Assembly (NCBI GenBank): GCA_021414115.1
Contig: JAIOPD010000106.1
Location: 24,147 to 88,146 of the forward strand
Length of the DNA: 64,000 nt
Reading direction: 5' to 3'
Source: Planctomycetia bacterium
GTDB lineage: Bacteria > Planctomycetota > Planctomycetia > Pirellulales > UBA1268
Shown here: in pieces, positions 9,764-18,200 of the stretch
How the letters are laid out: each line of letters begins with the position of its first letter
How positions within the stretch are numbered: position 1 is the first letter of the stretch
Made by a program: the position numbers and the translations under genes
Notes under the pieces: generated by a model
What the model was told of the DNA's origin: nothing
Database searches by the model: none
Seen by the model: the letters and a program-made list of their open reading frames with translations, nothing else

Positions 9764-11060
9764 CGATGTCGACCTCCGCACCGCGGGTGATGCCCCCCTT
9801 CGTCCAGTCGACGCTCCAGCCGGGAAAGGCGATCTCCGGATAGGGATCGGGATCGATCGGGGCCGGCGAGGTGTGCACGATGTCGAACTGCCGGTCGCCG
9901 CGGATGCGGCCGATCCGGCAGAACTTCGTCGTGTGCTGGGTCTTGGGATCGAGACGGACCGGGCCCCCCGGGCCGGCGAACTCGAGCCCCTCGCGGAACA
10001 CCTGCCGCACCGCCTCGGTCTCGAACGAACCGGCCTTCTCGACGGCCTGTTTCCAGAGGTGCACCAGACACCAGTCGGGCTCCATCGGGTCGCCCGTGAC
10101 GCGGTCGTGGCCGAACTCGCGGCGAAAGCCGGCGATCCATGCGCGATTGGCCGGCGTGTCGAGGCTCTGGAAGTAGCACGACACGGCGTAGTGACCCTTG
10201 ACGTGCCCTGGCAGCAGGCTTCGCAGTTCGTCCTCGGCGATGCTCGTGGAGACGACCGGCACCGTGGCCGGATCGACCTTCGCCTCGGCGAGCGCCTCAA
10301 AGAGGCCGATGTTCGAGTCGCCGTTGACCGTATTGAGCACGCAGTCGGCGCCGGATTCCCGAATCTGCTTGACGACGCCGGAGAAGTCGCGGTCGCCGAG
10401 CGGCACATAGGCCGTGCCCACGGGCTTCAGGCTCTTCGCCGCGAGATACTTCTTCGCGATGAAGTTGGCCGTCCGAGGATAGACGTAGTCCGAGCCGACG
10501 AGGAAGATTTTTTTCCTGAGCCCGCCGGCCGCGCTCGCGAGCCAATCGAGTGCCGGCAGGATCTGCTGGTTGGGCACCATGCCGCCGTAGACGACGAAGG
10601 GGGACGACTCGTTGCCCTCGTACTGCACGGAATAGAAGAGGAGCTTCTTCGCCTCCTCGAAGATCGGCAGCACGGCCTTGCGGCTGGTGCTCGTCCAGCA
10701 GCCGAACACGGCGACGGAGCCTTCATCGAGGAGTCGTCGGGCCCGCTTCGGGAACAGGTCCACCCGCGACCGCGGGTCGGGGGCGTGGGGCACGATCTGC
10801 CGGCCGAGGAGTCCGCCGGCCGCGTTGATCTGCTCGAAGGCGTGGAGCTCGATGTCGCGGAGCCCCGTCGCACTGATGGCTAGCGGCCCGGTCTGCGAGT
10901 GGAGGAGACCCACGTTCACCGTCTTGGCGCGGGGCGGGATGCCGAGCGAGCAGCCGGCGAAGAGTGCCGGCGACAGGGCCCGGGCCGCCGCGAGCGTGGC
11001 CGCGGTCCCCCGGCGGAGGGCGTCGCGGCGTGAGAACCCGCTCCCTGGTGTGTCGCTCAT
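9750..11060 (-). CDS. Tat-signal lipoprotein, type-1 periplasmic binding protein of the UrtA/AmiC (urea or short-chain amide) kind; no cognate permease or ATPase genes nearby
   Basis: SRRDALRRGTAATLAAARAL...FAGC gives a twin-arginine motif plus lipobox. The body reads like UrtA/FmdD/AmiC proteins (VGLLHSQTGPLA, FGCWTSTSRKAVLP, LFYSVQYEG, GSDYVYPRTAN, ...QFDIVHTSPAPIDPDPYP). Confidence 0.75.
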   Translation of the reverse strand: MSDTPGSGFSRRDALRRGTAATLAAARALSPALFAGCSLGIPPRAKTVNVGLLHSQTGPLAISATGLRDIELHAFEQINAAGGLLGRQIVPHAPDPRSRVDLFPKRARRLLDEGSVAVFGCWTSTSRKAVLPIFEEAKKLLFYSVQYEGNESSPFVVYGGMVPNQQILPALDWLASAAGGLRKKIFLVGSDYVYPRTANFIAKKYLAAKSLKPVGTAYVPLGDRDFSGVVKQIRESGADCVLNTVNGDSNIGLFEALAEAKVDPATVPVVSTSIAEDELRSLLPGHVKGHYAVSCYFQSLDTPANRAWIAGFRREFGHDRVTGDPMEPDWCLVHLWKQAVEKAGSFETEAVRQVFREGLEFAGPGGPVRLDPKTQHTTKFCRIGRIRGDRQFDIVHTSPAPIDPDPYPEIAFPGWSVDWTKGGITRGAEVDIDGDV

Positions 11061-11863
11061 TCGTCTTCCATCCGCTTGTAGAGAACTTCGAAGGGCTCCG
11101 CCGAGATGCTCACGTCGCCCCGGAACGGCTGGTTCATGTCGAAGATCAGGTGCATCATCGTGCCGAGGTAGGCGGCCAGGATGCCGCCGAGCAGCAGCTG
11201 CGTGATGAACCGCATGTCAAAGAGCCAGCAGATCGCGATGTTGAGGATCGCGCCCAGGATCATCACGTACCACATCGAGGACGGAAGCGACGACTTCACG
11301 GATAAGAGCCGCATCTGCCGCGCCTCCAGAAACTCGTTCAACTGCCGCAGCACCTCGGCGTGGAGGATCTGCTCGGCCGGCGTCTGTGGCTCAAAGTCGA
11401 GGAGCTTGTCGTAGAACGCCGCGGCGCGGATCGTGCCCTCCTCCGGGATGATGCCCCGCTGCTGCAGCGGCCAGGCATATTTGATGACGTACCGCGTGTA
11501 GTCGCGGAGCAGCCAGCGGAGGTTTTGCCGGTGGGGCTCCGGGTAGCGGGAGACGTCTTCATAGAGCGCCGAAAGCGATGCCGCCTCCCGGGTCACGTTC
11601 GCCCCCGCCTCGGCCACGTTTTGGTAGGCGGTGACGGCGATCAGGCCGAGCAGCAGGCCGTAGAACACGCAGAAGCAGGAGAGCACGTAGCCGACGATGT
11701 CGTTGGAGCCGGCGGTGGATTTGACGAACTGCCGCAGGATCGGCCGCAGCAGGATCGAGCCGGCCCAGTAGAAGCCGACGAACGTGCCGATGAAGAGCAG
11801 CGACAGCCGGAAATGGGGAATGTCATAGAGCCAATACCACGACTCGGGCGAGAACATGTGCAT
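11057..11863 (-). CDS. integral membrane protein, DUF4239-like
   Basis: Track ORF 11057..12085(-) trimmed to ATG at 11863 (MHMFSPESWYW...; ATG at 11857 is also possible). Two N-terminal and two C-terminal hydrophobic helices flank a helical soluble region (REAASLSALYEDVSRYPEPHRQNLRWLLRDY...). Its stop overlaps the next gene's start by 4 nt. Confidence 0.55.
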   Translation of the reverse strand: MHMFSPESWYWLYDIPHFRLSLLFIGTFVGFYWAGSILLRPILRQFVKSTAGSNDIVGYVLSCFCVFYGLLLGLIAVTAYQNVAEAGANVTREAASLSALYEDVSRYPEPHRQNLRWLLRDYTRYVIKYAWPLQQRGIIPEEGTIRAAAFYDKLLDFEPQTPAEQILHAEVLRQLNEFLEARQMRLLSVKSSLPSSMWYVMILGAILNIAICWLFDMRFITQLLLGGILAAYLGTMMHLIFDMNQPFRGDVSISAEPFEVLYKRMEDE

Positions 11864-12156
11864 GCTTGGTGGCCGCCGGGCGGTGCCCTCCACGGATCGT
11901 ATCGACGCTGCCGCGATCGTAGCAGCATCCCACCTGCTCGGGCCAGCAGCGGGAAGCGACCGTGCCTGGCGCGGCTTCGACACCGTTCGAGCCCCGGCCG
12001 GCTGCGGGACGGCATGAGGTTCCTCGCGGGAGTATTTCGCATGGCGCCTGGCGAGGGTTTGACCTCCGACGGGCGAAATCCTCAACGCTCGTCACGCTCA
12101 CGCCGATCCCTTCGCCTCGTCCGGCGAGGGGCGGGGAGACGGGCGGTTGACGCGGT

Positions 12157-12705
12157 CTATTGCACGCTTTCCCCGTCGAGCGCGTAGATCGCGAGGTGTT
12201 TTCCGTCGGGGCCGCGGAGTTCCTCGACCTTGAACCGACCCGCCACGGCCACGGGCCGGATCGAAAAATCGGCGGTTCTGCCCGGCTGCATGCGGACGAC
12301 GACGCAGTCATGCAGGGCGGCGCCGGGGCCGAAGCAGCATTCCTGGTTGTCGCGGACGAGCACGAACTGCGTCAGGCCGCTCTGCTGGAAACTCGGAAGG
12401 ATGTAGCCGCGAATCCGCACCCGCTCTTGTTCGAGCGCCGTGACTCTCTTGGGAAGCAGATCGCGGGTGAAGGGGTCGCCCTTCGGCATCTCGAGCTTGA
12501 TGTCATCGAACGTGATCTCGCGGGGCTGCCGCGAGTCCGCCGGCAGACGCTCCGCGGAGGGTGGCGGGGAGGCGGATGGTTTCTCGACGAGCCGGGGCGC
12601 CGCGGCACGGTCGGCAGGTGTCCCGCCGCCACAGCCGGCGACGAGCAGGGTGAGGACCCATGGGGCCCACCAGTCCTTCGCGTGCAGGCGTCTGGTTGCG
12701 TCCAT
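12157..12705 (-). CDS. lipoprotein with DUF3299-like C-terminal domain (vicinal CC motif)
   Basis: Lipobox LLVAGC. C-terminal GYILPSFQQSGLTQFVLVRDNQECCFGPGAALHDCVVVRM...VAGRFKVEE matches the pattern I associate with DUF3299. Start is 1 nt after the upstream stop. Confidence 0.6.
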   Translation of the reverse strand: MDATRRLHAKDWWAPWVLTLLVAGCGGGTPADRAAAPRLVEKPSASPPPSAERLPADSRQPREITFDDIKLEMPKGDPFTRDLLPKRVTALEQERVRIRGYILPSFQQSGLTQFVLVRDNQECCFGPGAALHDCVVVRMQPGRTADFSIRPVAVAGRFKVEELRGPDGKHLAIYALDGESVQ

Positions 12706-12706
12706 G

Positions 12707-13399
12707 TCACCGCACGAACGCGTTGTCGAGGTGGTAGAGCACGCCGCCGGCGAGGTCCGCGGTGCCCATGGGCTGCACCCGAAACCGGCCCGCGACCTTC
12801 GTCAGTCGGGGGGTGAAGTCGATGCCCCTCGGCTCGGCGAGTTGCACCAGCACGCGGTCGGTGATCTTCGGATTGCCGCCGAAGCAGCAGTCGCCCTGGT
12901 CGCGGACGAGCAGAAACTGCACGAGTCCGTGCTGCTCCTTCCCCGGATAGATGTAGCCCTTGAGGAGCACGTTGTGCCCGTCGAGCGCCCGGGCCGCGTC
13001 GGGCACGCTCGTCGGCGGATCACCCTCGGCGGGCTGAAGCATCGCATAGCTGAGCCGCTCGAAGCCCTCGGGAAGTTCGGCGGCGTATTCGCGGGCGAGC
13101 GACACGAGGCCGCCGACCAGCACGATCGCAGAGACCGCAAGCGCCCCGGTCGCCAGCGGCGTGCCCGTCAGGTCGAGCGGCCGAGTGGCGATGTCGCGCA
13201 GGGCGACGAGCGCGAGCGCGATGCCGATCGCCGGCACCGCGGCGAACCACCAGCCGAAGAAGACGAGCGGCGAGACCAAAGCGACGGCCGCGGCGGCGAT
13301 GGCCGCTCCCGACAGGGCGCGGTAGGCCTCGCCGTTGTCACGGGCGGTGGCGCCCGGGTGGGAGGTTCGCGACGGCGAATCGAAGAGGCCAGTGCCCAT
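12707..13399 (-). CDS. membrane-anchored DUF3299-like protein (N-terminal TM helices plus the same CC-motif domain)
   Basis: Hydrophobic segments AAIAAAAVALVSPLVFFGWWFAAVPAIGIALALVAL and LATGALAVSAIVLVGGLVSLA. These are followed by GYIYPGKEQHGLVQFLLVRDQGDCCFGGNPKITDRVLVQL...VAGRFRVQP, paralogous to 12157-12705. Confidence 0.6.
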   Translation of the reverse strand: MGTGLFDSPSRTSHPGATARDNGEAYRALSGAAIAAAAVALVSPLVFFGWWFAAVPAIGIALALVALRDIATRPLDLTGTPLATGALAVSAIVLVGGLVSLAREYAAELPEGFERLSYAMLQPAEGDPPTSVPDAARALDGHNVLLKGYIYPGKEQHGLVQFLLVRDQGDCCFGGNPKITDRVLVQLAEPRGIDFTPRLTKVAGRFRVQPMGTADLAGGVLYHLDNAFVR

Positions 13400-13408
13400 G
13401 GGAGCGGT

Positions 13409-14917
13409 TTAGCGGTCCCCGGCCGGAACGGGCCGCATCGCCGCGCGGGAAACGATGGCGATCGCGAGGACCACGGCCGCCCAGAGGAGCCATTTCCAGC
13501 GGCGGCTCACGGTGGCCGCGGTCTCCCGCTCAGGCTGTGAAGCGTCACGGCCGGGCACGTCGTCGGTGGCGTCGTCGTCGCCCAGCACCGGAGCCACGGC
13601 CAGGGAGCCGGGCGATCCTTCGGCTGGGGCGGTGATTGGTTCGTTCGGCCCGCGGGGGCCCGCGTTGTCATCCTCGTCGCCGGACGGTGTGGCCGCCGTG
13701 GTGCCGGAAGCGGTGAGGCCGGCAATGCCGGCGAGCGTCGCAGCCCGGCGGACAGCCTCGGGGTCGATCGTCTCCAGTTCCTTGACCGCGGCCGCGGCCT
13801 CTGGCAGGGGACAGGCCCGGAGGTAGTTCACGATCGGTTCGCGGACGAAAATGTTGTCGGCCTTCGCCTCCTTGAAGAGCGTCACGAGCGTGTCGACGGC
13901 CGACCAGTCCTGCCAGCGGGCGAGATCGGCGATCACGAGGTCGGCGAGTTTCGGTTCCTCGAGCAAGAGCCGCAGCGAGGCGAGCACGCGGTCGCGGGGC
14001 ACGAGATCGGACTCCTCCCCGAGGAACCGCAGCGCCATCACCGCGGCATAGGTCTCGGTGAACGGCACCTCGCGGGGCATGCCGTCGGCGGACGTGCGGT
14101 CGAGGAACAGCCGGTCGACGAGGTCGAGAGCCTGCGGGCCCTCGAGCGCCACGTAGCAGGCGATCAGCGCGTCGAGCCCGCTGCGGGCCTCGGCTTGCTC
14201 AGGCGAGAGGCCGGTGCCCGCGAGGAGTTTTTCGATCCGCTCGGCGTCGTCTTTCGATCCGCAGACACCGAGCATTGTTGCATAGAGCCGCCGACGATTG
14301 GCCTGCACCTTCGGGTCTTCGATCCAGGCGAGCAGTTTCGCCGGGTGCATCTGCTCCTTGATGCTGCGGACGTCCGCGTAGGGGGCGATGGCGAACTCGT
14401 CGTAGGCGTCGCGGGCCAGCGTCTCGTCTTCGTCTTCGAGATGCTCCTGGAAGAAGGCGAGCCGCTCGGGCCCCTTCTCCGGCAGTTCGCCGAGTTTGCG
14501 GATGTAGGCCACCGCCCGGTCGCTGACCCGCACCGGGCTCGACCAGACGAGGTCCGGCGGCTCCACGCCCATGAGCAGAAAGAGCATGCCGACCGGCTTC
14601 TCCTCGAGCATGATCGTCTCGATCGGCTGGGGATCTCCGCCCGTCAGGCCCGCCTCGGCCACGAGGTCGGCACCCTTGAGCACCTCGACCACCTCGAACT
14701 TGCCCTTGGGGAGCGGCCCCTCGGCCCGCGGCGACAGGGCGCCGGCCGGCGGCGGCTCGACGAGCTTGGCGATCACCGCCGCCTGGCTCTGGGCGATTTC
14801 CTGGGCGAACGTCAGCGACACCGCGGAGCAGAAAGGGCAGGCACGAGCTGATCCCGCGACCGCCACGATCGCAACGCTGACGACAACCGGCACGAAGCAG
14901 CGGATCAGTGGATTCAT
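13409..14917 (-). CDS. secreted helical-repeat (HEAT/ARM-like) protein with CPFC motif, acidic/Pro-rich linker and C-terminal TM anchor; paralog A
   Basis: Signal peptide ...VAVAGSARACPFCSAV. Helical repeat body, a low-complexity tail (TPSGDEDDNAGPRGPNEPITAPAEG...) and a terminal helix WKWLLWAAVVLAIAIV. Confidence 0.6.
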   Translation of the reverse strand: MNPLIRCFVPVVVSVAIVAVAGSARACPFCSAVSLTFAQEIAQSQAAVIAKLVEPPPAGALSPRAEGPLPKGKFEVVEVLKGADLVAEAGLTGGDPQPIETIMLEEKPVGMLFLLMGVEPPDLVWSSPVRVSDRAVAYIRKLGELPEKGPERLAFFQEHLEDEDETLARDAYDEFAIAPYADVRSIKEQMHPAKLLAWIEDPKVQANRRRLYATMLGVCGSKDDAERIEKLLAGTGLSPEQAEARSGLDALIACYVALEGPQALDLVDRLFLDRTSADGMPREVPFTETYAAVMALRFLGEESDLVPRDRVLASLRLLLEEPKLADLVIADLARWQDWSAVDTLVTLFKEAKADNIFVREPIVNYLRACPLPEAAAAVKELETIDPEAVRRAATLAGIAGLTASGTTAATPSGDEDDNAGPRGPNEPITAPAEGSPGSLAVAPVLGDDDATDDVPGRDASQPERETAATVSRRWKWLLWAAVVLAIAIVSRAAMRPVPAGDR

Positions 14918-14933
14918 GAGATCATTGTAGCCG

Positions 14934-16322
14934 TCACCCGAGCCACTTCGCGACGTCGGTCCGATAGGCCGCCAGCGCCGGGAGCAGCGCGGCCAGGATT
15001 GCCAGGGCGATTAGGAACGGCACGAGGAGCAGTTCGGCGGCAGGGGCCGCCGACAGCAGGCTCGCCGAGACGCCGGCATTGGTGGTGATCAGGGGGCCGA
15101 TGGCGGCGACCAGCATGTGGCCCAGCGCCCAGCCGACGAGGCCACCCCCCACCGCCAGCAGCACCGCCTCGATGAGCACCGTGGCAAGGACGTGGCTGCG
15201 GCGGGCGCCCAGGGCCCGCATCACGGCGACGTCTCGGCTCCTCTCGAGCGACGAGCCGACCATGCTCACGAGGATGCCGATTGCCGACACGATCACGACG
15301 AGCGTCGTCACGAGCAGGAGCAGCAGTTCCAGCGGCCGCACAAAGAGGCCGAGGAGCAGGCTGATCTCGCGGATCGGCTCGGCGGCCTGACCATCGCGGC
15401 CCTCGTTGATCGCGGTCCTCAGCCCCATCGCCGTGAGCTCGGCAGGAAGGCCGGGCAGCGCGGCCGTCTCGACGAGGATCGCCGTCACCTCGCGCTGGTT
15501 GGTCGGGAGCGGCGCGGGGGATGCCGGATGGTCCTCCTCGGCCGTCGGCTTCACCGCCACCCCCTCGCCCTCGACGGGCTTCGCATGTCCCTCCTGCAGG
15601 TAGAAGCCCTCCATGTTCACATACACGCCTCGATCAACGGGCGTGTCAGTCCGCGCGAGGATGCCGGTGACCGTGAACGGGTCGTGCACGAGGCCGTCGT
15701 CTGCGCCGTGCGTGGGGGCGAACGGGTCGCCCGCTTTGAGCCCGAGTTTCGCGGCGACGTCGCAGCCGAGCACGCCGCCAAAAAACTCGTCGTCGCGGAA
15801 GTTGCGGCCGGAGGCGAACGCGAAGGGCCGCAGCTCGGAGCGGGCATCGGCCAGGCCGACGCTCCGCCGCAGCCAGCGGCCGAGCCCCGCAGGCGTGCCC
15901 CCTCCGCCCCAGGTGAGGCTGTCGAAATAGGCGGCATTCGTGCCGACGACACGGAAGCCCCGAAAATAGTCCCCCATGCAGATCGGGACGGCGGTTTGCA
16001 CGCTGCCGGCATATCGTCCCGCGGCGCCGTCGGCCCGCGCCGTGGCCGGCAGAAACTCCTCGTAGAAGGCCCAGGAGATGTTCTCGATCGGCTTGCTGAT
16101 CAGATAGACGCTGTTCAAGACCAGCTGCAGCGGGCTCCCCTTCGCCCCCACGATTATGTTGTAGCCCAGCCCGGAGCCGGAGTTGAACGCCTGCTTGACG
16201 ATGTCGCCGATCACGAGCGTGGAGACGACGAGCGCCACGCCGAGGGCGAGGGAAAGCGCCGTGAGGCCGCTCGTCAGGAGCCGCTGCCGGATGTTGCGCC
16301 AGGCGATACCGAACAATGACAT
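14934..16322 (-). CDS. ABC transporter permease, FtsX/MacB-LolC type with a large periplasmic domain
   Basis: TM1 (LLTSGLTALSLALGVALVVSTLV), then a soluble loop of about 270 aa, then three C-terminal TM helices, the typical FtsX-domain layout. Sits 19 nt downstream of the ATPase gene. Confidence 0.8.
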   Translation of the reverse strand: MSLFGIAWRNIRQRLLTSGLTALSLALGVALVVSTLVIGDIVKQAFNSGSGLGYNIIVGAKGSPLQLVLNSVYLISKPIENISWAFYEEFLPATARADGAAGRYAGSVQTAVPICMGDYFRGFRVVGTNAAYFDSLTWGGGGTPAGLGRWLRRSVGLADARSELRPFAFASGRNFRDDEFFGGVLGCDVAAKLGLKAGDPFAPTHGADDGLVHDPFTVTGILARTDTPVDRGVYVNMEGFYLQEGHAKPVEGEGVAVKPTAEEDHPASPAPLPTNQREVTAILVETAALPGLPAELTAMGLRTAINEGRDGQAAEPIREISLLLGLFVRPLELLLLLVTTLVVIVSAIGILVSMVGSSLERSRDVAVMRALGARRSHVLATVLIEAVLLAVGGGLVGWALGHMLVAAIGPLITTNAGVSASLLSAAPAAELLLVPFLIALAILAALLPALAAYRTDVAKWLG

Positions 16323-16341
16323 GGGCGAGCCGTTCGTGGGG

Positions 16342-17028
16342 TCAGCCGTGGTGGGTCGCAGCGCGGTTGAAGTCTTCGAGCCGGAGCCGCCGGGGAAACC
16401 GGGCGGCGACCTCGGGGGAGTGCGTCACGACCAGGAGCGCGACGTCCTGCTCGGCGCAGGTGTTTTTCAGCAGCTCGATCACCTGATCCTGATGCGCCGT
16501 GTCGATGCTCGCCGTCGGCTCGTCGGCGAGGATCACCCGCGGCCGATTGGCGAGCGCACGGGCCACCGCCACCCGCTGCTGCTGGCCGATCGAGAGCTCG
16601 CCCGGCTTGTGATGGAGGCGGTGGGAGAGCCCCACCGAGGCGAGCAGATCGGCGGCCCGCCAGCGGTCGGGCCTGCCCGACCCGAACGACATCGCCACGA
16701 GCACGTTTTCCAGCGCCGTGAACCCCGGCAGGAGGTTGAACTGCTGGAACACGAGGCCGAGCGTGTCGGCCCGCAGCCGGTCGGTCGCGGCTTCGCCCAG
16801 CCGTGTGAGGTCGTGGCCATCGACGACGACCCGTCCCGCGTCGGGCCGCATGATCCCGGAGATCACGTGGAGGAGCGTCGACTTGCCGGAGCCGCTCTGG
16901 CCGGTGAGGGCGCACTGTTCCCGCTCGGCGACCGTGAAGGCGTCGATGTCGAGCACCGCCACCGTCTCTCCGCCCGGCATGGCAAACGACTTCTTGACCT
17001 GCTCGAGTTCGATGACGGGGGTGGGCAT
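16342..17028 (-). CDS. ABC transporter ATP-binding protein (MacB/LolD-like)
   Basis: Track ORF trimmed to ATG at 17028 ([15 protein letters not shown]...). Walker [10 protein letters not shown], signature LSIGQQQR, Walker B VILADEPT. Confidence 0.9.
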   Translation of the reverse strand: MPTPVIELEQVKKSFAMPGGETVAVLDIDAFTVAEREQCALTGQSGSGKSTLLHVISGIMRPDAGRVVVDGHDLTRLGEAATDRLRADTLGLVFQQFNLLPGFTALENVLVAMSFGSGRPDRWRAADLLASVGLSHRLHHKPGELSIGQQQRVAVARALANRPRVILADEPTASIDTAHQDQVIELLKNTCAEQDVALLVVTHSPEVAARFPRRLRLEDFNRAATHHG

Positions 17029-17060
17029 GCCATGGATTCTAGCGGTTCCACGGCGGGCGA

Positions 17061-17090
17061 TTGAGCGGTCGCCGCGCGGGGGTGTATCAT
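17061..17090 (+). promoter_or_regulatory. candidate sigma-70-type promoter for gap (TTGAGC-N18-TATCAT)
   Basis: AT-rich hexamers stand out in the GC-rich divergent spacer 17029-17173. An AGGAG Shine-Dalgarno at 17163-17167 sits 6 nt before the GTG start. Motif match only. Confidence 0.3.
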
Positions 17091-17173
17091 CCCGGCCCCG
17101 CCTGACAAGGCATCGGCGTCCGCGAAGGAGCGGAACGGCCGGGCCAGTCCGTTTCGACCCCAGGAGACTCGCC

Positions 17174-18190
17174 GTGCCCATCCGCGTTGGCATCAATGGT
17201 TTCGGCCGCATCGGCCGCCTCACCTTTCGCGCCATCTACGAGAAGTACGGTCTCGACGGGGACGTGCAGGTCGTCGCCTTGAACGACCTCACCGACGCGA
17301 AGACCAACGCCCACCTGCTGGAGTTCGATTCGAACTACGGTCCCTTCAAGGGCACGGTGGGCTACGACGGCAATGACATCGTCGTCGACGGCCGCAAGGT
17401 GAAGGTGTTCGCCGAGAAGGAGCCCGGCTCGATCCCGTGGGGCAGCCAGGACGTGCAGATCGTCGTGGAGAGCACCGGCTTCTTCACCGACGCCACCAAG
17501 GCCGTGGCCCACAAGCGGGACAGCGTCAAGAAGGTCGTGATCTCTGCCCCGGCCAAGAACGAAGACCTGACGATCGTGCTCGGCGTCAACAACGAGATGT
17601 ACGATCCCAAGAAGCACCACGTGATCTCCAACGCCTCGTGCACCACCAACGGCCTGGCGCCGGTGGCGAAGGTGCTCCACGAGACCTGGGGCATCGACCG
17701 CGGCCTCCTGACCACGGTGCACGCCTACACCAACTCCCAGAAGACGGTCGACACGGCCGCCAAGGATCTCCGCGACGCGCGGGCCGCCGCGCTGAATATC
17801 GTTCCGTCGAGCACGGGCGCGGCCCGGGCCGTGGGCCTGGTGATCCCGGCCCTGCAGGGCAAGTTCACCGGCATGGCCTTCCGCGTGCCGGTGGCCACGG
17901 TGAGCGTCGTCGACTTCACCGCGCTTTTGAACAAGGACGCGTCGCCTGCCGACATCAACGCCGCGATGAAGAAGGCGGCCGAGGGGCCGCTCAAGGGCAT
18001 CCTGCGCTACACTGACAAGGAGCTGGTGTCGACCGACCTGAAGGGCGATCCGCACAGCTCGATCTTCTCGGCGGTCGATACGATCGGCCTCGGCAATCTC
18101 GTGAAGGTGGTGAGCTGGTACGACAACGAATGGGGCTACTCCAATCGCGTCGCCGACCTGCTCAACTTCCTCGAGGACCGCGGCCTGTAG
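17174..18190 (+). CDS. gap: glyceraldehyde-3-phosphate dehydrogenase
   Basis: GTG start at 17174 gives (M)PIRVGINGFGRIGR. Catalytic SNASCTTN and C-terminal WYDNEWGYS are present. The track ORF 16718..18190 extension is antisense to the ABC ATPase gene. Confidence 0.95.
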   Translation: MPIRVGINGFGRIGRLTFRAIYEKYGLDGDVQVVALNDLTDAKTNAHLLEFDSNYGPFKGTVGYDGNDIVVDGRKVKVFAEKEPGSIPWGSQDVQIVVESTGFFTDATKAVAHKRDSVKKVVISAPAKNEDLTIVLGVNNEMYDPKKHHVISNASCTTNGLAPVAKVLHETWGIDRGLLTTVHAYTNSQKTVDTAAKDLRDARAAALNIVPSSTGAARAVGLVIPALQGKFTGMAFRVPVATVSVVDFTALLNKDASPADINAAMKKAAEGPLKGILRYTDKELVSTDLKGDPHSSIFSAVDTIGLGNLVKVVSWYDNEWGYSNRVADLLNFLEDRGL

Positions 18191-18200
18191 GTTCCGCCCG

